A DNA stretch of 64,000 bases from an uncultured virus (IMG/VR IMGVR_UViG_3300037840_000439). Its lineage: Duplodnaviria > Heunggongvirae > Uroviricota > Caudoviricetes. Shown piece after piece: positions 60,137 to 64,000 of this stretch (positions are counted from its first letter, which is position 1; the number at the start of each line of letters is the position of its first letter). The position numbers and the translations under genes were made by a program. Where the stretch lies: the IMG/VR virus record IMGVR_UViG_3300037840_000439; one strand, written 5' to 3'. The notes beneath the pieces were generated by a model. That model did no database searches. It worked only from the letters and a program-made list of their open reading frames with translations, and was not told the DNA's origin.

Positions 60137-60552
60137 GGCCGCGCCTCTGCACCATTCTTCTTTTCCGTCTCTCGACTAGAGACCCACTCTCGCTCCCCGA
60201 TGTCCCCGAGTGGCTTCGCAGCGTCCTTGTGATCGAACGCCACGAACTCGCTGCCGCTGTCGTTTTGAACTACGAAGTCGGTCAGGGGCACGTCAGCGAT
60301 GAAAGCCCGGATGTCCTCCTCGTCAAGGAGAGGGCGAAAGCTGGTACCCCCATCGAGTTGAATGTTGCCCATTTTCGATGGGAGGACCACATCGCCAACC
60401 CTGATCCCCGCCGCCTCCGCTCCCGCACCGACCGCATCGATCAGAACAAACTTGGTGGTGTTCCTTGTTTCATCCGGCCGGACGATGAACGAGAGGAGCC
60501 TCTTGACCACGACACGACCGACAGCCTGGTTACGACGGGGAACGAATTTCAT
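60133..60552 (-). CDS. GroES-like co-chaperonin
   Basis: MKFVP...IVRPD...IDAVGAG...IRVGDVVL...DG...LLDEEDIRAFI; start reassigned to 60552. Confidence 0.6.
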   Translation of the reverse strand: MKFVPRRNQAVGRVVVKRLLSFIVRPDETRNTTKFVLIDAVGAGAEAAGIRVGDVVLPSKMGNIQLDGGTSFRPLLDEEDIRAFIADVPLTDFVVQNDSGSEFVAFDHKDAAKPLGDIGEREWVSSRETEKKNGAEARP

Positions 60553-61013
60553 TTGGGCTCCTGGAGTTGCGGCGCGGGCACTGTGTCCACGGGTTGGGTG
60601 ACTGTCGACCCCCTCAGCGCCACAAGCTCGGCCTGGCACGCACCCAACTCGGAAAGCACTTCGGAGAAATGTTCACGGCTGGGCGCGTAGTAGGGCGCGT
60701 TAGCGGCCTCTTTTGCGTCCACTGGCGCAAACTGGCGCGCAGCATTCAGGATCACGAGCGCCGCCAGCCGTAGCTCACGATCGGGGCAGTCGGGGAGACA
60801 CGGGGCCGTCTCGCTGGTCTGAGCCTCGCAACCGGCCATGTGCGTGCACCGACCGAGCAGGTTGGTCGCCTCCTTCATGGCGATATCCCACGCGTACTTG
60901 CTGCGCCATAGGGCACGTTTCTGGGCATCCCAATGGCGGACGAACACAGACACCTTCTGGTCACCCGGCGTGATCAACCCCATCAACTTGTCGTCAGTTT
61001 TGCTGCCGCTCAT
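60549..61013 (-). CDS. Hypothetical protein
   Basis: SD GAGGA; CTH...C...CLPDCPD. Confidence 0.65.
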   Translation of the reverse strand: MSGSKTDDKLMGLITPGDQKVSVFVRHWDAQKRALWRSKYAWDIAMKEATNLLGRCTHMAGCEAQTSETAPCLPDCPDRELRLAALVILNAARQFAPVDAKEAANAPYYAPSREHFSEVLSELGACQAELVALRGSTVTQPVDTVPAPQLQEPK

Positions 61014-61042
61014 GGTGTTTTTCCTCTGTGAGTTTGCCGACT

Positions 61043-61246
61043 TCAGATCGTCGCCCCATCCGGCTCTCGGATGCGCAGGTAGCCCTCTTGTGCGTGTTTG
61101 CTCGCGGCTTGGAGCAGGATCGAACGCATCCACACGCTCATCCGGACGCCGCACTCCTTGGCCCGTTGATCGATCAGCCGGTGCTGATCTGGCGTGAGCT
61201 TGAGTGTGGTGCTCTTGGTTTTCGCCTTGACGGTGTTGTGGGCCAT
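61043..61246 (-). CDS. Ribbon-helix-helix regulator
   Basis: TTLKLTPDQHRLIDQRAKECGVRMSVWMRSILL. Confidence 0.75.
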   Translation of the reverse strand: MAHNTVKAKTKSTTLKLTPDQHRLIDQRAKECGVRMSVWMRSILLQAASKHAQEGYLRIREPDGATI

Positions 61247-61350
61247 TGGGGGTCTAACCAGGAGCTATTGGGCAGCCACCCGGGTTACCGCAGCACCCTG
61301 ACAGAACGTTACCTGTCCAGTCAAGCACCTATCGGGTACAATTCACCCCA

Positions 61351-61572
61351 ATGAACCCGCCGACCCATCAACCTACACCACCAACCAATCCCCCGAACCG
61401 TTCCAGGTTCGTTGGCTTCGGCGACCAGGAAATCCGGGCCCCCGAGGCGTCTCATACTCCATCGACCCCATCTCCGTGGCGGGTCGCGCTGGTCACAACG
61501 GTTCTCGGCGCCGCCACAGGCTGGGTCATAGACGAGGTCGTGCGGGTCATCCGCGGGAAGAAGAAACAATGA
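61351..61572 (+). CDS. Small membrane protein
   Basis: RFVGFGD; hydrophobic VALVTTVLGAATGWVI; basic tail; TACAAT 8 nt upstream. Confidence 0.7.
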   Translation: MNPPTHQPTPPTNPPNRSRFVGFGDQEIRAPEASHTPSTPSPWRVALVTTVLGAATGWVIDEVVRVIRGKKKQ

Positions 61573-61895
61573 TTCAGAACGGTTCCTTTGGGATGATCCA
61601 GCGAAACGGCCGCCCCGTAAAAGGCTTCAGCCTGGGCAAGCCCCCGAGCTTCGGCCTCGGCGATCAGTGCCCTGCCGCACTTCCGAGCGGAGACGCCGCA
61701 ATGCGCCTCATGCAAGGGAAAAAGGGGGCATTTCTCGACGTAGCCGGCACGATGCTGGCGCGCAGCGCGCTCATAGCCAGCGGCCTCGCGGTTGCCGGCT
61801 TCCGTGGTACCCAGCTCCTCAAGGGGACGCTGGCGGCGGGGATGGCGGTGGAGACCTTCGTGCTCGCGTGGGCCTACAAGAACAGGGAGTCATGA
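61569..61895 (+). CDS. Membrane protein with leader motif
   Basis: MIQRNGRPVKGFSLGKPPSFGLGD; two hydrophobic segments; ATGA overlap. Confidence 0.75.
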   Translation: MIQNGSFGMIQRNGRPVKGFSLGKPPSFGLGDQCPAALPSGDAAMRLMQGKKGAFLDVAGTMLARSALIASGLAVAGFRGTQLLKGTLAAGMAVETFVLAWAYKNRES

Positions 61896-62131
61896 TGAAC
61901 CTTCGATACAACGGTCGGCAAGTTGGGCTCAGTGACGGTTTCAGCGACAAGCTCAAAGAATACGAAGATGATGTCAAGGGAGACATCCAAATCGTCAAGG
62001 ATACTCCCGGCTGGCTTAGAGTCGGCTTGGTGGCAACAGGTATGGTCCTTGGCAGCGGCCTCGTCTACGTCCTCATGCGGAACGAGGTATTGGAGACAAC
62101 GACCCACCATTACATACGGCCGGGGAAGTGA
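61892..62131 (+). CDS. Small membrane protein with shortened leader
   Basis: MMNLRYNGRQVGLSD; TM VGLVATGMVLGSGLVYVLM. Confidence 0.75.
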   Translation: MMNLRYNGRQVGLSDGFSDKLKEYEDDVKGDIQIVKDTPGWLRVGLVATGMVLGSGLVYVLMRNEVLETTTHHYIRPGK

Positions 62132-62358
62132 TGGAACGGATCAAGATTGGCGGACGGCCCGTAGCCGGGTTCGGCGTCGGTCTCGACCTCGACGAGATCG
62201 CGAATAGGTACGACCCTCTCTACAAATGCCACAACGACAAGATCGTCAAGCTCAAGGTAGTCGGTGCGGTCGTTGCTACCGCGCTGGTGACCGCAGGGAC
62301 CATCCTCTACATTTTGCCGCTCATGAAGACTGAGTACGAACTTCGAAAGAGGACGTGA
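62128..62358 (+). CDS. Small membrane protein with leader motif
   Basis: MMERIKIGGRPVAGFGVG; TM VVGAVVATALVTAGTILYIL. Confidence 0.8.
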   Translation: MMERIKIGGRPVAGFGVGLDLDEIANRYDPLYKCHNDKIVKLKVVGAVVATALVTAGTILYILPLMKTEYELRKRT

Positions 62359-63065
62359 TGGAACAGATCAGGTTTGCCGGGCGGCGAGTAGCGGGGTTCG
62401 GGGTTGGGGCTTGGTACAGCACCAACCCAATGGAGCAAGTAGAGGCTCTAGTCAAAGACTCCGACATGCGGATGCAGCAACTGACGGACGCATTCAATGC
62501 GTTCTCTCCGAAGTGGAGTGCTACCAACACGGCCACGTACAACGATTTCTTGGCTGACTACACCAGCCTTTTGTCACGTTACGCCATCGCGAAGATCCTA
62601 GCGCCTGCCGCGACTGGATTCTGGGCAACGCCGACGGATATCGAAAAGGCAACTACCGCACTTACGAAAGCATTCCGAGCCGGCGCTCCTGGTGAACAGA
62701 CGAAAGGCGATTGGGCCGATCTGGTTGAACGTCTTCGTCTCGCCCAGAAAGCAACGGGTGTTCCAGAAATGGTTGATCAGCCACCAACTGCACTTAAGAA
62801 TGTACAGAACGAAGAAAATGTCGCAGACAATTTCTACAAGGCAACGGCGAAATACGATATCCCCGCGCAACTGACGGGCGAGATGGCGCCACATGCACCT
62901 GTCCAGGCAGCTCTTGATGCGGCAGCTGCGGCAGCCAAAGCGGCTGCTGACGCGGGTAAGACGATCACCGACGCAGCCAAATGGTTCGACGACCACAAGA
63001 CCGGCATCGCGATCGGCGCAACCGTTCTAGTTGGCGGCATTCTTTACGCGATCGTCCGACGATGA
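62355..63065 (+). CDS. Helical protein with leader motif and C-terminal TM anchor
   Basis: MMEQIRFAGRRVAGFGVG; IAIGATVLVGGILYAIV-RR. Confidence 0.8.
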   Translation: MMEQIRFAGRRVAGFGVGAWYSTNPMEQVEALVKDSDMRMQQLTDAFNAFSPKWSATNTATYNDFLADYTSLLSRYAIAKILAPAATGFWATPTDIEKATTALTKAFRAGAPGEQTKGDWADLVERLRLAQKATGVPEMVDQPPTALKNVQNEENVADNFYKATAKYDIPAQLTGEMAPHAPVQAALDAAAAAAKAAADAGKTITDAAKWFDDHKTGIAIGATVLVGGILYAIVRR

Positions 63066-64000
63066 TCTCGTTCGGGGGTCAATCCGTAAGGCTTGGCGGC
63101 CGACCTGTCTGCGGCTTCTCTCTCGGTGTCGACGACAGCGACGTCGACTCGCTTGTCGCCGCGAAGCTCGCCGAAGGTGGTTATTCAGACGTCTCGGCAT
63201 ACCAACGAGCGAAGGGTCTCGCGGTCGACGGCGTAGCGGGCCACGACACGCTCACCGCGATGGGCTACGGCTACCTGTACGATCTCGCTGGACAGGGGAA
63301 GCTCAAACCAGGACAGACGCAGCTCGACACAAAGAAGACGCCGCTCACGCCCGAAAAAGCGGCACAGGCGCTTAGCACTGGTTACCAGGCGATTGCAGGC
63401 ACGGCGCCAACACCTGAAATTCTCGCGCTTCTCATCGCACAATCTGCCAGTGAGACCACCAACTGGCGAGACATCTCCAACTACAACTTCGCCGGAATCA
63501 AGGCGTCACCTGGCGACAAATATGTGCAGGCCATGGTGGATGGCAATCGAGGAAATCGTCATGTGTACGCATTTGCGGCGTACAAAACTCCGGCTGAAGG
63601 CGCCGAGAAGTACATCAGTCTGCTCAAGGCGCATGGACGCGAACCATGGTGGGAAGGACTCCAAACCGGCGACCCTGAGACATACGTGAACGCGCTTGTG
63701 TCGATTCCTGGCGCGCACTACTTCGAGGCTCCTACGGAGAAATATCTTGCCAGCGTTCGGGCTGGTGTTGCTCGATTCGCTGACTTGGCGCGGCAGTACG
63801 CAACAAGCAATGCAGCTGACACCTTCTACAAGAAGGCTGCTCCGTACGACGTCGTCGCGCAAGTAACCGGTAAGCAGGCACCCAGTGCACCTGTCAAGGT
63901 TGCCGTCAACGTAGCTAAGACTACGTTCGAAGAAGTGGTCAAGGCTCAAGGGTGGGTCGACAAGAACAAGACGTGGATAGCGGTCGGAGCTACGGTCTTG
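63062..64000 (+). CDS. Leader + PG-binding + GH73 (FlgJ-like) muramidase/glucosaminidase, runs off the right edge
   Basis: Not in the track. Manual translation MISFGGQSVRLGGRPVCGFSLG...AYQRAKGLAVDGVAGHDTL...LIAQSASET...NYNFAGIKA...FAAYKTPAEGAEKYISLL...WIAVGATVL. Confidence 0.8.
   Translation, partial: MISFGGQSVRLGGRPVCGFSLGVDDSDVDSLVAAKLAEGGYSDVSAYQRAKGLAVDGVAGHDTLTAMGYGYLYDLAGQGKLKPGQTQLDTKKTPLTPEKAAQALSTGYQAIAGTAPTPEILALLIAQSASETTNWRDISNYNFAGIKASPGDKYVQAMVDGNRGNRHVYAFAAYKTPAEGAEKYISLLKAHGREPWWEGLQTGDPETYVNALVSIPGAHYFEAPTEKYLASVRAGVARFADLARQYATSNAADTFYKKAAPYDVVAQVTGKQAPSAPVKVAVNVAKTTFEEVVKAQGWVDKNKTWIAVGATVL

Noticed and set aside
61569..63130. Type IV prepilin cleavage motif (GFSL) as the explanation for the leader
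   Set aside because: No Glu at +5 and no hydrophobic helix directly after GF; the TM segments are C-terminal.
1..64000. tRNA/rRNA genes, DGR or retron, alternative genetic code
   Set aside because: No cloverleaf or reverse transcriptase recognised by eye, and genes tile well under the standard code. tRNAscan/Infernal would be needed to exclude small RNAs.

Overview
A GC-rich, densely packed, mostly minus-strand segment of a large bacterial virus or provirus. The host is probably Myxococcota, inferred from myxobacterial-type lipoproteins and an AgmX/PglI-C-like domain. The window encodes a tyrosine recombinase with an adjacent 11-6-11 Xer-type site, an RNA ligase, a Cx5R phosphatase, a lysis-like block (SLT, membrane protein, papain-like peptidase, lipoproteins), three collagen-like fibre genes and about 15 glycosyl-/methyltransferase-type genes including a B12 radical SAM. 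It also encodes a candidate virion module (Arg/Lys-rich core protein, beta-rich 438-aa capsid candidate, LysM/PG-binding membrane proteins), a transglutaminase-fold enzyme with an intein directly before its catalytic Cys, and JAB, GroES-like and RHH proteins. I recognised no terminase, portal, tape measure, tRNA, rRNA or CRISPR. The most striking signal is a conserved leader, about E-x-I-x-[FYLIH]-x-G-R-x-V-x-G-F-[GS]-[LV]-[GS], on about nine otherwise unrelated proteins, most with a C-terminal membrane anchor. This suggests a tag-and-process system for virion proteins. All family calls come from motif reading by eye, not database searches.
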